A stretch of DNA of 44,544 nt, from the sequence record ON185580.1. One strand, 5' to 3'. The notes under the pieces were generated by a model. That model worked only from the letters and a program-made list of their open reading frames with translations. It was not told the origin of the DNA and made no database searches. The first letter of the stretch is position 1. Each line of letters starts with the position of its first letter. The position numbers were made by a program, and so were the translations under genes. The stretch is from Escherichia phage EC120. Positions 36,489-44,544 of this stretch are shown piece after piece.

Positions 36489-38373
36489 AGAATCACAGGC
36501 AGAGGCATTAAAGCGGTGGGAAAACCTTAAAGAACTACAAGACACTTTTAAATATACAGCGGAAGGTTTGCTTCTCTTTGCAGATACAGTTATTCATAAC
36601 TTAATTGCAGGCAACCCTCATCTGATTCGTATGCAGGCGGATATCTTGAAGTTCCTATTTTACGGACACAAGTACCGCCTCATCGAAGCGCCTCGTGGTA
36701 TCGCTAAGACAACACTATCAGCAATCTATACGGTATTCCGTATTATTCATGAACCGCATAAGCGTATCATGGTTGTGTCCCAAAACGCCAAGCGAGCAGA
36801 GGAAATCGCAGGTTGGGTAGTTAAAATCTTCCGTGGCTTAGACTTTCTTGAGTTTATGCTGCCGGATATCTACGCTGGGGACCGTGCATCCGTTAAGGCG
36901 TTTGAGATTCATTACACCCTACGTGGTAGTGATAAGTCTCCTTCTGTATCCTGTTACTCAATCGAAGCAGGTATGCAGGGTGCTCGTGCTGATATTATTC
37001 TAGCGGATGACGTAGAGTCGATGCAGAATGCTCGTACGGCAGCGGGCCGTGCCTTGCTTGAGGAACTGACTAAGGAGTTTGAATCTATCAACCAGTTTGG
37101 GGATATCATTTACCTTGGTACACCTCAGAACGTAAACTCTATCTACAACAACCTACCTGCTCGTGGTTACTCTGTTCGTATCTGGACTGCGCGTTACCCT
37201 TCAGTAGAGCAAGAGCAATGTTATGGCGACTTCCTTGCACCTATGATTGTTCAAGATATGAAGGACAACCCAGCACTTCGCTCAGGGTACGGGTTGGATG
37301 GTAATAGTGGTGCACCTTGTGCCCCTGAAATGTATGATGATGAAGTCCTGATTGAGAAGGAAATCTCTCAAGGTGCTGCTAAGTTCCAGCTTCAGTTCAT
37401 GCTTAACACTCGCATGATGGATGCTGACAGATACCCATTACGCCTGAACAATCTAATCTTCACCTCGTTTGGTACAGAGGAAGTCCCTGTGATGCCTACG
37501 TGGAGTAATGATTCCATAAACATCATTGGTGATGCACCTAAGTATGGTAACAAGCCTACGGATTTCATGTACAGACCTGTAGCTCGCCCATACGAATGGG
37601 GTGCTGTCTCCCGCAAGATTATGTATATTGACCCTGCGGGTGGTGGTAAGAACGGAGATGAGACGGGTGTAGCCATCGTATTCCTGCACGGCACATTCAT
37701 TTATGTGTATCAGTGCTTTGGTGTACCTGGCGGATACCGAGAGTCGTCCCTGAATCGCATTGTGCAGGCCGCAAAGCAGGCGGGTGTTAAAGAGGTATTC
37801 ATTGAGAAGAACTTTGGTCATGGCGCGTTTGAGGCGGTAATTAAGCCGTACTTTGAACGAGAGTGGCCTGTAACTCTGGAAGAGGATTACGCCACCGGAC
37901 AGAAAGAGTTGCGTATCATTGAGACGCTGGAGCCGCTCATGGCAGCCCATAGGCTTATCTTCAATGCAGAGATGGTGAAGTCAGACTTTGAGTCGGTACA
38001 GCACTATCCGCTTGAACTACGCATGTCCTACAGTCTTTTCAATCAAATGTCGAACATAACGATTGAGAAGAACAGCCTCCGGCACGATGACCGCCTAGAC
38101 GCCCTGTATGGCGCTATACGGCAATTAACTTCTCAGATAGACTATGATGAGGTTACACGGATTAATCGCCTCAGAGCGCAGGAGATGCGCGATTACATCC
38201 ATGCTATGAACACACCTCATCTACGCAGGGCAATGCTATATGGAGATTACGGTACTGAGCGAAGAGTGACCAACACTTCCGTAGCGATGCAGCAGCGAGT
38301 TTACGGGCAGAACTACCGAAATAAATCGGCAAGCAGAAATACACTTTCTGCAAGGATTTCAAGGACTTATTAA
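36475..38373 (+). CDS. Terminase large subunit
   Basis: ATPase region ...YRLIEAPRGIAKTT... and nuclease region parallel recalled T7 gp19; TAAGGAG RBS then ATG 36475 (track start 36436). Confidence 0.9.
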   Translation: MAKARESQAEALKRWENLKELQDTFKYTAEGLLLFADTVIHNLIAGNPHLIRMQADILKFLFYGHKYRLIEAPRGIAKTTLSAIYTVFRIIHEPHKRIMVVSQNAKRAEEIAGWVVKIFRGLDFLEFMLPDIYAGDRASVKAFEIHYTLRGSDKSPSVSCYSIEAGMQGARADIILADDVESMQNARTAAGRALLEELTKEFESINQFGDIIYLGTPQNVNSIYNNLPARGYSVRIWTARYPSVEQEQCYGDFLAPMIVQDMKDNPALRSGYGLDGNSGAPCAPEMYDDEVLIEKEISQGAAKFQLQFMLNTRMMDADRYPLRLNNLIFTSFGTEEVPVMPTWSNDSINIIGDAPKYGNKPTDFMYRPVARPYEWGAVSRKIMYIDPAGGGKNGDETGVAIVFLHGTFIYVYQCFGVPGGYRESSLNRIVQAAKQAGVKEVFIEKNFGHGAFEAVIKPYFEREWPVTLEEDYATGQKELRIIETLEPLMAAHRLIFNAEMVKSDFESVQHYPLELRMSYSLFNQMSNITIEKNSLRHDDRLDALYGAIRQLTSQIDYDEVTRINRLRAQEMRDYIHAMNTPHLRRAMLYGDYGTERRVTNTSVAMQQRVYGQNYRNKSASRNTLSARISRTY

Positions 38374-38394
38374 TTACTGGACACTATAGAAGGA
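38372..38394 (+). promoter_or_regulatory. Phage-RNAP promoter overlapping terminase stop codon
   Basis: AATTACTGGACACTATAGAAGGA; expected +1 G at 38389. Confidence 0.75.
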
Positions 38395-38525
38395 AGGCCC
38401 AGAGAATAAGAGAAATAACAAGGATAATATAGTTAACCTAGGTTATATAGGTTACTATAGTATGGGTGTACTCCTGTACACCCTATTCCTACTTACTATT
38501 TACTTATATGTATAAGGAGTATTAG

Positions 38526-38807
38526 ATGGCTAATGATTATAGTGATCAACCTTTAACGGGTCGATATGACCGTAAGCAGATTACACCGACCAGTGAGGCA
38601 TTAATGCTCCCTGTTGTTACAGAGGAGTCTATTACGAAGAAAGCCAATGTTATCAATGATGCAACCAAATCTGGTAAACAGAAAGCAGCAATGGTATGTC
38701 GTCCTGTAGGTGGCACTCTTGAGATTGCCATTGCTACTGGTAGCAAAGAGGATGCAGATTGGTTGTCTGTTAAAATGGACAGCGTTGGTCTTATTACACC
38801 GGCTTAA
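38526..38807 (+). CDS. Hypothetical protein (93 aa), paralogue A
   Basis: Shares SGKQK(A/G)AMV and (E/Y)IAIA(T/R)GS blocks with the next ORF. Confidence 0.6.
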   Translation: MANDYSDQPLTGRYDRKQITPTSEALMLPVVTEESITKKANVINDATKSGKQKAAMVCRPVGGTLEIAIATGSKEDADWLSVKMDSVGLITPA

Positions 38808-38824
38808 TAAAAGGAGAAGATAAT

Positions 38825-39112
38825 ATGTCTAAGTATGGCGATGCAGGTACGACTACTGGTCAGGTTTTTCGTGTAAAAGCAGTACAAACTATTGCAACTG
38901 CAATTCCTATGCCTATCGTGGCAGAAGCTGACCTTAAAAAGAAAGATCATCCAATTAATATTGAACACCTATCTGGTAAGCAGAAAGGTGCTATGGTGGT
39001 TGTAGATAAAGGAGATAGCCTTTATATTGCTATTGCGCGTGGCTCTGCACCAACTGACAAGTGGGATGCAACTACTATGGAGGTGACACCTGTCACTCCA
39101 GAAGGGGATTAA
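38825..39112 (+). CDS. Hypothetical protein (95 aa), paralogue B
   Basis: Tandem paralogue of 38526-38807; AAGGAGAAGA RBS. Confidence 0.6.
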   Translation: MSKYGDAGTTTGQVFRVKAVQTIATAIPMPIVAEADLKKKDHPINIEHLSGKQKGAMVVVDKGDSLYIAIARGSAPTDKWDATTMEVTPVTPEGD

Positions 39113-39114
39113 TA

Positions 39115-39459
39115 ATGCTTAACAAATACTTCAAGCGTAAAGAGTTCGCTTGCCGTTGTGGGTGCGGTACATCCACTGTTGATGCTGAATTACTACAGGT
39201 AGTCACAGATGTGCGTGAGCACTTTGGTTCTCCTGTAGTTATCACTTCGGGGCATCGCTGTGCTAAGCACAATGCTAATGTAGGAGGAGCTAAGAACTCC
39301 ATGCATCTTACTGGTAAGGCTGCTGACATTAAGGTACGAGGCATCTTACCTTCTGATGTACATAAGTATCTTACTGATAAGTACCAAGGCAAGTATGGTA
39401 TTGGTAAATATACCTCCTTTACTCATATTGATGTACGTGACGGGTGTGCACGATGGTAG
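39115..39459 (+). CDS. Endolysin, peptidase M15-type (zinc D-Ala-D-Ala carboxypeptidase/L-Ala-D-Glu peptidase fold)
   Basis: SGHRC...H...D pattern (ITSGHRCAKHNANVGG...HLTGKAADI...HID) typical of the M15 family; ATG 39115 (track start 39061). Confidence 0.7.
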   Translation: MLNKYFKRKEFACRCGCGTSTVDAELLQVVTDVREHFGSPVVITSGHRCAKHNANVGGAKNSMHLTGKAADIKVRGILPSDVHKYLTDKYQGKYGIGKYTSFTHIDVRDGCARW

Positions 39460-39567
39460 GTTGTGTTGCATGGTGTGAACGCATGGTTGCTAAGGCTTCA
39501 GAGGAAGGCAACTATGAAGATTGGCAGAACTACTCAACTTTATTAGCTCAATGGAAAGGGAGATGCA

Positions 39568-39717
39568 ATGAAAAAGCTGTTCAAATCTAAGAAGGTTGTA
39601 GGTGCACTAGTTGCATTGGCAATTGCTCTTGTTTCTGTAGGTCTTGGTGTAGACCTTGGCTCTGGCACGGAATCCTCTGTGACAGATGTGGTCTGCCAAG
39701 TGATCACCTGTGAATAA
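39568..39717 (+). CDS. Small membrane protein (49 aa) in lysis region
   Basis: AAAGGGAGA RBS; N-terminal basic residues then TM VVGALVALAIALVSVGLGV. Confidence 0.35.
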   Translation: MKKLFKSKKVVGALVALAIALVSVGLGVDLGSGTESSVTDVVCQVITCE

Positions 39718-39931
39718 GTTTCTAGAAGTGCTGGCAGGTCTTATTGGCCTGCTTGTCTCTGCTAAGAAGAAACAAGAAGAGAAGGAGGCACAAAGTGAAG
39801 CGAATCATGCTAGCGACAATCCTGCTGATTGGTTCGCTGACCATTTCAGGGTGTCAGCAGGTGTTACCAGAGAAAGCAATGGTGAAACCTCTGAGGCCGA
39901 CGCTGACGGAAGTTTACGAGGTAGACGATAA
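39710..39931 (+). CDS. Candidate i-spanin-like membrane protein (GTG start, 73 aa)
   Basis: N-terminal TM FLEVLAGLIGLLVSA then charged region; contains the lipoprotein ORF in the +1 frame. Short for an i-spanin and weak RBS. Confidence 0.3.
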   Translation: MNKFLEVLAGLIGLLVSAKKKQEEKEAQSEANHASDNPADWFADHFRVSAGVTRESNGETSEADADGSLRGRR

Positions 39932-40004
39932 GGTCTGCTTCAGTGAACCTGACGCTACAAAATTAGGTTTGTATATTCTTTCGCTAGAACGCGGATATAA
40001 TTAA
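39795..40004 (+). CDS. Candidate o-spanin (outer-membrane lipoprotein, 69 aa from GTG)
   Basis: GAAGGAGG RBS 6 nt before GTG 39795; signal MKRIMLATILLIGSLTISG followed by Cys (lipobox-like ISGC); embedded in the +1 frame of the previous ORF. Confidence 0.5.
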   Translation: MKRIMLATILLIGSLTISGCQQVLPEKAMVKPLRPTLTEVYEVDDKVCFSEPDATKLGLYILSLERGYN

Positions 40005-40033
40005 TACATAGCTTTATGTATCAGTGTCTTACG

Positions 40034-40056
40034 ATTTACTGGACACTATAGAAGAG
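40034..40056 (+). promoter_or_regulatory. Phage-RNAP promoter upstream of tailspike genes
   Basis: ATTTACTGGACACTATAGAAGAG; expected +1 G at 40051. Confidence 0.75.
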
Positions 40057-40135
40057 ATAAGATAGCGCCGTTCTTTTGAGCGGCCTATTACTAGCCAATC
40101 TTCATAGGGAGGGTTGGAAAGTAATAGGAGATAGC

Positions 40136-42034
40136 ATGGCTAAATTAACCAAACCTAATACTGAAGGAATCTTGCATAAAGGACAATCTTTGTATGAGTA
40201 CCTTGATGCGAGAGTTTTAACATCAAAGCCGTTTGGTGCTGCAGGTGACGCCACTACTGATGATACGGAGGTTATAGCTGCTTCATTAAACTCTCAGAAA
40301 GCTGTCACAGTCTCAGATGGTGTATTCTCTAGCTCTGGTATTAATAGTAATTACTGTAACTTAGACGGTAGGGGTAGTGGCGTGCTAAGTCACCGTTCCA
40401 GTACAGGTAACTACTTAGTATTTAACAATCTACGTGCAGGTCGCTTAAGTAATATTACGGTAGAAAGTAATAAGGCGACTGATACAACTCAGGGACAGCA
40501 GGTATCTCTTGCTGGTGGAAGTGATGTTACTGTAAGTGACGTTAACTTCTCAAACGTTAAAGGTACTGGTTTCAGTTTAATCGCATACCCTAATGATGCG
40601 CCACCTGATGGACTTATGATTAAAGGTATTCGAGGTAGCTATTCCGGCTATGCTACTAATAAGGCAGCCGGATGCGTACTTGCTGACTCCTCAGTTAACT
40701 CCCTCATAGATAACGTCATTGCTAAGAACTACCCTCAGTTCGGAGCAGTAGAGTTGAAAGGTACAGCAAGTTACAACATAGTCAGTAATGTTATAGGGGC
40801 AGATTGCCAGCATGTAACTTACAACGGCACTGAAGGGCCAATAGCCCCTTCTAATAACCTTATCAAGGGGGTGATGGCTAATAATCCTAAGTATGCAGCG
40901 GTTGTTGCAGGCAAAGGTAGTACGAACTTAATATCAGATGTGCTCGTAGATTACTCAACCTCTGATGCTAGGCAGGCTCATGGTGTTACAGTAGAGGGTT
41001 CTGATAACGTCATAAATAATGTGCTTATGTCAGGATGTGATGGTACTAACTCTTTAGGACAAGGGCAGACTGCTACAATTGCACGCTTTATAGGTACAGC
41101 TAATAACAACTATGCGTCTGTATTTCCTAGCTACAGTGCTACAGGTGTTATTACTTTCGAATCCGGCTCTACCCGTAACTTCGTAGAGGTAAAGCACCCT
41201 GGCAGGAGAAACGACCTTCTCAGTTCTGCTAGTACTATTGACGGTGCAGCTACTATTGACGGCACTAATAATAGTAACGTAGTGCACGCACCTGCCTTAG
41301 GGCAGTACATAGGTAGTATGTCAGGTAGGTTCGAATGGCGGATTAAGTCCATGTCACTCCCTTCAGGCGTTCTTACTTCTGCTGATAAGTACAGAATGCT
41401 TGGGGATGGTGCTGTATCATTAGCTTTAGGTGGGGGTACTTCTTCTCAAGTTCGCCTATTTACTTCTGATGGTACTTCTCGGACAGTGTCCCTCACCAAC
41501 GGTAACGTGCGTCTTTCTACCAGTAGCACAGGATATTTGCAGTTAGGTGCTGATGCAATGACCCCAGACAGTACTGGTACATACGCATTAGGTTCCGCCA
41601 GCCGAGCATGGTCTGGCGGTTTTACTCAAGCAGCGTTCACTGTTACCTCAGATGCTCGGTGTAAAACAGAACCTCTTACTATTTCAGATGCCTTACTGGA
41701 TGCTTGGTCTGAAGTTGACTTTGTGCAGTTTCAGTATTTGGATCGTGTTGAGGAGAAGGGTGCAGACTCAGCTAGATGGCACTTTGGCGTCATCGCTCAG
41801 CGAGCTAAGGAGGCTTTCGAACGTCACGGTATAGATGCACATCGCTATGGCTTCTTGTGCTTCGACAGTTGGGAGGATGTATACGAGGAAGATGCCGATG
41901 GCTCTCGTAAACTGATTACACCAGCAGGTTCCCGCTACGGTATTCGTTACGAGGAAGTACTGATATTAGAGGCTGCGTTGATGCGGCGGACTATTAAGCG
42001 TATGCAGGAAGCACTAGCTTCCTTGCCTAAGTAA
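40136..42034 (+). CDS. Tailspike 1: beta-helix polysaccharide depolymerase with C-terminal self-cleaving chaperone domain
   Basis: 632 aa from ATG 40136 (AGGAGA RBS). Beta-helix-like Gly/Ser/Asn/Thr-rich repeats; C-terminal ~128 aa begins SDARCK (Ser codon 41648-41650), matching the peptidase S74 intramolecular chaperone signature. Confidence 0.8.
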   Translation: MAKLTKPNTEGILHKGQSLYEYLDARVLTSKPFGAAGDATTDDTEVIAASLNSQKAVTVSDGVFSSSGINSNYCNLDGRGSGVLSHRSSTGNYLVFNNLRAGRLSNITVESNKATDTTQGQQVSLAGGSDVTVSDVNFSNVKGTGFSLIAYPNDAPPDGLMIKGIRGSYSGYATNKAAGCVLADSSVNSLIDNVIAKNYPQFGAVELKGTASYNIVSNVIGADCQHVTYNGTEGPIAPSNNLIKGVMANNPKYAAVVAGKGSTNLISDVLVDYSTSDARQAHGVTVEGSDNVINNVLMSGCDGTNSLGQGQTATIARFIGTANNNYASVFPSYSATGVITFESGSTRNFVEVKHPGRRNDLLSSASTIDGAATIDGTNNSNVVHAPALGQYIGSMSGRFEWRIKSMSLPSGVLTSADKYRMLGDGAVSLALGGGTSSQVRLFTSDGTSRTVSLTNGNVRLSTSSTGYLQLGADAMTPDSTGTYALGSASRAWSGGFTQAAFTVTSDARCKTEPLTISDALLDAWSEVDFVQFQYLDRVEEKGADSARWHFGVIAQRAKEAFERHGIDAHRYGFLCFDSWEDVYEEDADGSRKLITPAGSRYGIRYEEVLILEAALMRRTIKRMQEALASLPK

Positions 42035-42039
42035 GCAAC

Positions 42040-42064
42040 AGGCAGTGCGTAAGCACTGCTTTTC
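42040..42064 (+). terminator. Hairpin plus T-tract between the two tailspike genes
   Basis: Stem GCAGTGC/GCACTGC with GTAA loop, then TTTTC; probable partial terminator. Confidence 0.45.
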
Positions 42065-42119
42065 ACGCAACTTTTCTTAAAGGTTATCATGGTGGTAGCC
42101 TTTCAGAAAAGGAGGTTAC

Positions 42120-43832
42120 ATGCTTCAAAGATTAAGTGCTTACTTGGTGAAGTACAAGAGTAAACTAACAGGTACTATTGAGCGCCTGCTATCTGATAAA
42201 CTATCGGATACAATAGATGTTGCGGATTTTGGAGTTAATCCCTCTTCTAATGACAACAGGCAAGCCCTTCAAGCTGCATTCAATGCGGTCAGATTGCTAG
42301 GTGGTGGTACTGTATCAGTCACTAAAGCTGGCGAATATAAACTCAGTGGTACTGTTGAGATATTTGCTAATACACACTTCAAGGTTGCTAAAGGTGTAAC
42401 ATTTGTACGTGACTACGAAACAGGAGATACGCTATTCAGATTATCACAAGGGCAAGCTAGTAATGTAACAGTCAGTGGAGGTGTCTATGAAGGCAATGGT
42501 CACATTAAAGGAGATACACCTTTTGTAGTATTTGCATCTACTAGTAATAATGATTTGAAGTTTGAAGGCATAACAGTTAACAATGTAGTGGACTACCACG
42601 CCATAGATTTAGCAGATTGGAACAACGTAGTTATTCGTGATTGTAAATTCCTAGGGTTTAAGAATACAGGCAGTCGTAACTTCTCAGAGGCTATACAGTT
42701 AGACCCAGGACTTATTACAGTAGGTCGCTATGTGCAGTCTAGTGGTTTACTGGTAGAGAATTGCTATGCTGGCCCAAACCTTGATTCTGGATTTGGCGGG
42801 TATGGTGCTCTAGTAGGAAATCATGCATCAGCTTATGGTGTTCAAGATAACAACATTAGAATCCTAAATTGCACTACAGATGGTGCGCTCTTTGCAGGTG
42901 TACGTGTATTTAACTGGAAAAACTGGACAGTACGTGGTTGCACCTTTAGAAACTCTAATGCAAGAGGTGTTCATGTTACACCTGTCTCCTCTCAAACTAA
43001 ACCGCAAGGAACCAGACAAGGTAGTGTTGTAGATTGTACTTTTGATGGTGTAAGAACACCAGTGCTAATTGCTGCACCATCTTGGCCTTTTACCGATATT
43101 AGTGACATTTGGCATGACCATATTGAAATTTCTAATAATACTATGATCCTCACAGAGGATGTATCCTATGGTGTAGATGCAAGGTGGTGTAAGAATTTAA
43201 TTGTAAAAGGTAATACAGGCTCTGGTGGCTTAGGTTTAATCGGTTTACGCTTTGGGACAAAATACCACATCGAAGGTAATACTTGGGAAAACGGAAGAGG
43301 TAGTGGGATTTGGTTAGGTGAGTCTGATGCTACTACATTCATTGGTACGGGTTTATCAGGAGAAGGTATACTTAGTCGTAATATCTTCTCTAAATTAGGG
43401 CAATATGGTATTCATGTAAACTGCAAGGTTGGCGGTCTAGTGATTAAGGCTAATAATATGAAGGAAGTATCTACAGCTGAAGCAGGTAGGCACTTCATTA
43501 GCATAGACACAGGGGCTAACAACATCCTAGTAGAAGGTAATATTGGAGTAGATGGAGAAAGCCCTAACAAGCCAAGCCTTGGTATTCGTGTTACTTCTTC
43601 TTGTTCCAATATTAAACTCATTGGCAATGATTGCTATGGTACACAGGCGCCTCAGAATAACCAAGGAGTCGGTTCTAGTACGGTGATTGTTTATGGACTA
43701 AATGGCAATCCTACAACTTTAGGCGTAGGTGCACCTGTAGGCTCTTTAGCAACTGATATCAATGGGTCTGGTGGTAGTACATTGTACGTTAAAGAATCTG
43801 GTACATCTGCTCAAGGTTGGGTTGCAAAGTAG
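42120..43832 (+). CDS. Tailspike 2: right-handed beta-helix (pectate-lyase-like) protein
   Basis: 570 aa; AAAGGAGG RBS; N-terminal DVADFGVNPSSNDNRQALQAAFNAV...GGGTVSV typical of pectate-lyase-fold tailspikes; no C-terminal chaperone domain. Confidence 0.8.
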   Translation: MLQRLSAYLVKYKSKLTGTIERLLSDKLSDTIDVADFGVNPSSNDNRQALQAAFNAVRLLGGGTVSVTKAGEYKLSGTVEIFANTHFKVAKGVTFVRDYETGDTLFRLSQGQASNVTVSGGVYEGNGHIKGDTPFVVFASTSNNDLKFEGITVNNVVDYHAIDLADWNNVVIRDCKFLGFKNTGSRNFSEAIQLDPGLITVGRYVQSSGLLVENCYAGPNLDSGFGGYGALVGNHASAYGVQDNNIRILNCTTDGALFAGVRVFNWKNWTVRGCTFRNSNARGVHVTPVSSQTKPQGTRQGSVVDCTFDGVRTPVLIAAPSWPFTDISDIWHDHIEISNNTMILTEDVSYGVDARWCKNLIVKGNTGSGGLGLIGLRFGTKYHIEGNTWENGRGSGIWLGESDATTFIGTGLSGEGILSRNIFSKLGQYGIHVNCKVGGLVIKANNMKEVSTAEAGRHFISIDTGANNILVEGNIGVDGESPNKPSLGIRVTSSCSNIKLIGNDCYGTQAPQNNQGVGSSTVIVYGLNGNPTTLGVGAPVGSLATDINGSGGSTLYVKESGTSAQGWVAK

Positions 43833-43841
43833 TAGGATTGA

Positions 43842-43991
43842 ATGCCATTAATCAAATCAGTTAAGCAAAGTGCTGTACGCCAGAACACAGAAGAGCTTAT
43901 TCAATCAGGACGTGACCCTAAGCAAGCTTATGCCATTGCCAAGGCTGTACAACGTCGTGCCTTGAAGAAACCTTCTGCATCTTCTGCGTAA
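43842..43991 (+). CDS. Small basic protein (49 aa) at right end
   Basis: ATG 43842 shortly after tailspike 2; weak RBS. Confidence 0.35.
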   Translation: MPLIKSVKQSAVRQNTEELIQSGRDPKQAYAIAKAVQRRALKKPSASSA

Positions 43992-44002
43992 GCAGGTTAA
44001 TA

Positions 44003-44485
44003 TCTTAGTGTACACAAGGGCAGACCTAGGTTTGCTCTTAGTGTATTTACAATGGAGGTCTTATGTATATACCTATGGAAGCACTAGTAGGTTGCCTGTG
44101 TTTGTTGGTAGGCTTCATTATAGGCTTAATAGCAAACCCTTAGTGTAATCCAAGGAGGTAACATGCAAGAAGAGAATTGGGATGTGTAATATTGGGTTTG
44201 GAGGAGGCTGAACCTTAGTCCTGTACAAGGATTAACCAAAGTCAAAATTTTGATATAGGCGTGTGTGAGGTGTCTCGCCCTCGCCCTCGCCGGATTTCCC
44301 CCATATGGGGCCGCGCTGCGGTTGGCTTGGGAATTGGGCTGGGCTGGTGGGCTGGGCTGGTCCGTCGTGGCCTAGGGCTTGCCGAGGTCTGCTCTTAGTG
44401 GCTGCACAAGGAGAACGCCTAGGAAGCGCTAGGGCACGCCTTAGTATTGGACAAGGTGATTGCCTTAGTTCAACCGCTTAGGGCT
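44003..44485. repeat. Right-end array of CTTAGT(G) repeats (at least 7 copies) flanking a GC-rich tandem-repeat core
   Basis: CTTAGTG-like motif at about 44004, 44037, 44140, 44214, 44394, 44440, 44464; same motif as the left-end array. Confidence 0.5.
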
Positions 44486-44544
44486 TACACGGGCCGTTTT
44501 AGGGCCATTCCTGAGCGTTTGACAGGGTGTGAGTGGGTGGGCTA

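Noticed and set aside
40076-40135. N-terminal 20-codon extension of tailspike 1 in the track
   Set aside because: Starts with a non-ATG codon immediately after the promoter +1 region; AGGAGA RBS supports ATG 40136 (MAKLTKPN...).
1-44544. Direct terminal repeat, tRNA genes, integrase or lysogeny module
   Set aside because: The first ~50 bp do not recur at the right end; no cloverleaf-like tRNA candidates were seen; no integrase, repressor or attP-like features, consistent with a strictly lytic T7-like phage. Absence by eye is not proof; a tRNAscan and self-alignment would settle it.

Overview
This 44.5-kb window reads as an essentially complete linear genome of a lytic T7-supergroup podovirus of the SP6-like type (Autographiviridae). 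Identification rests on recalled similarity of the single-subunit RNA polymerase (3063-5690) to SP6 RNAP; no database search was possible. All credible genes are on the + strand in canonical order: host-transcribed early region (including an Ocr/gp0.3-like anti-restriction protein), RNAP, replication module (primase-helicase, DNA polymerase, exonuclease, endonuclease VII, metallophosphoesterase, ligase), morphogenesis (portal, scaffold, capsid, tail tube A/B, three internal virion proteins), tail-fibre adaptor, holin, small and large terminase flanked by two paralogous HNH endonucleases, endolysin with spanin-like ORFs, and two beta-helix tailspikes at the right end. Non-coding structure is rich: at least 12 copies of an SP6-type phage promoter (consensus ATTTACTGGACACTATAG), several hairpin-plus-U-tract terminators, six copies of a 16-18 bp perfect palindrome (GTCTCACATGTGAGAC), a putative replication origin downstream of the RNAP gene, and arrays of CTTAGT(G) repeats at both ends. 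No tRNA, CRISPR array, integrase or lysogeny functions were seen. Start codons were re-picked from RBS context where the ORF track used GTG/TTG.
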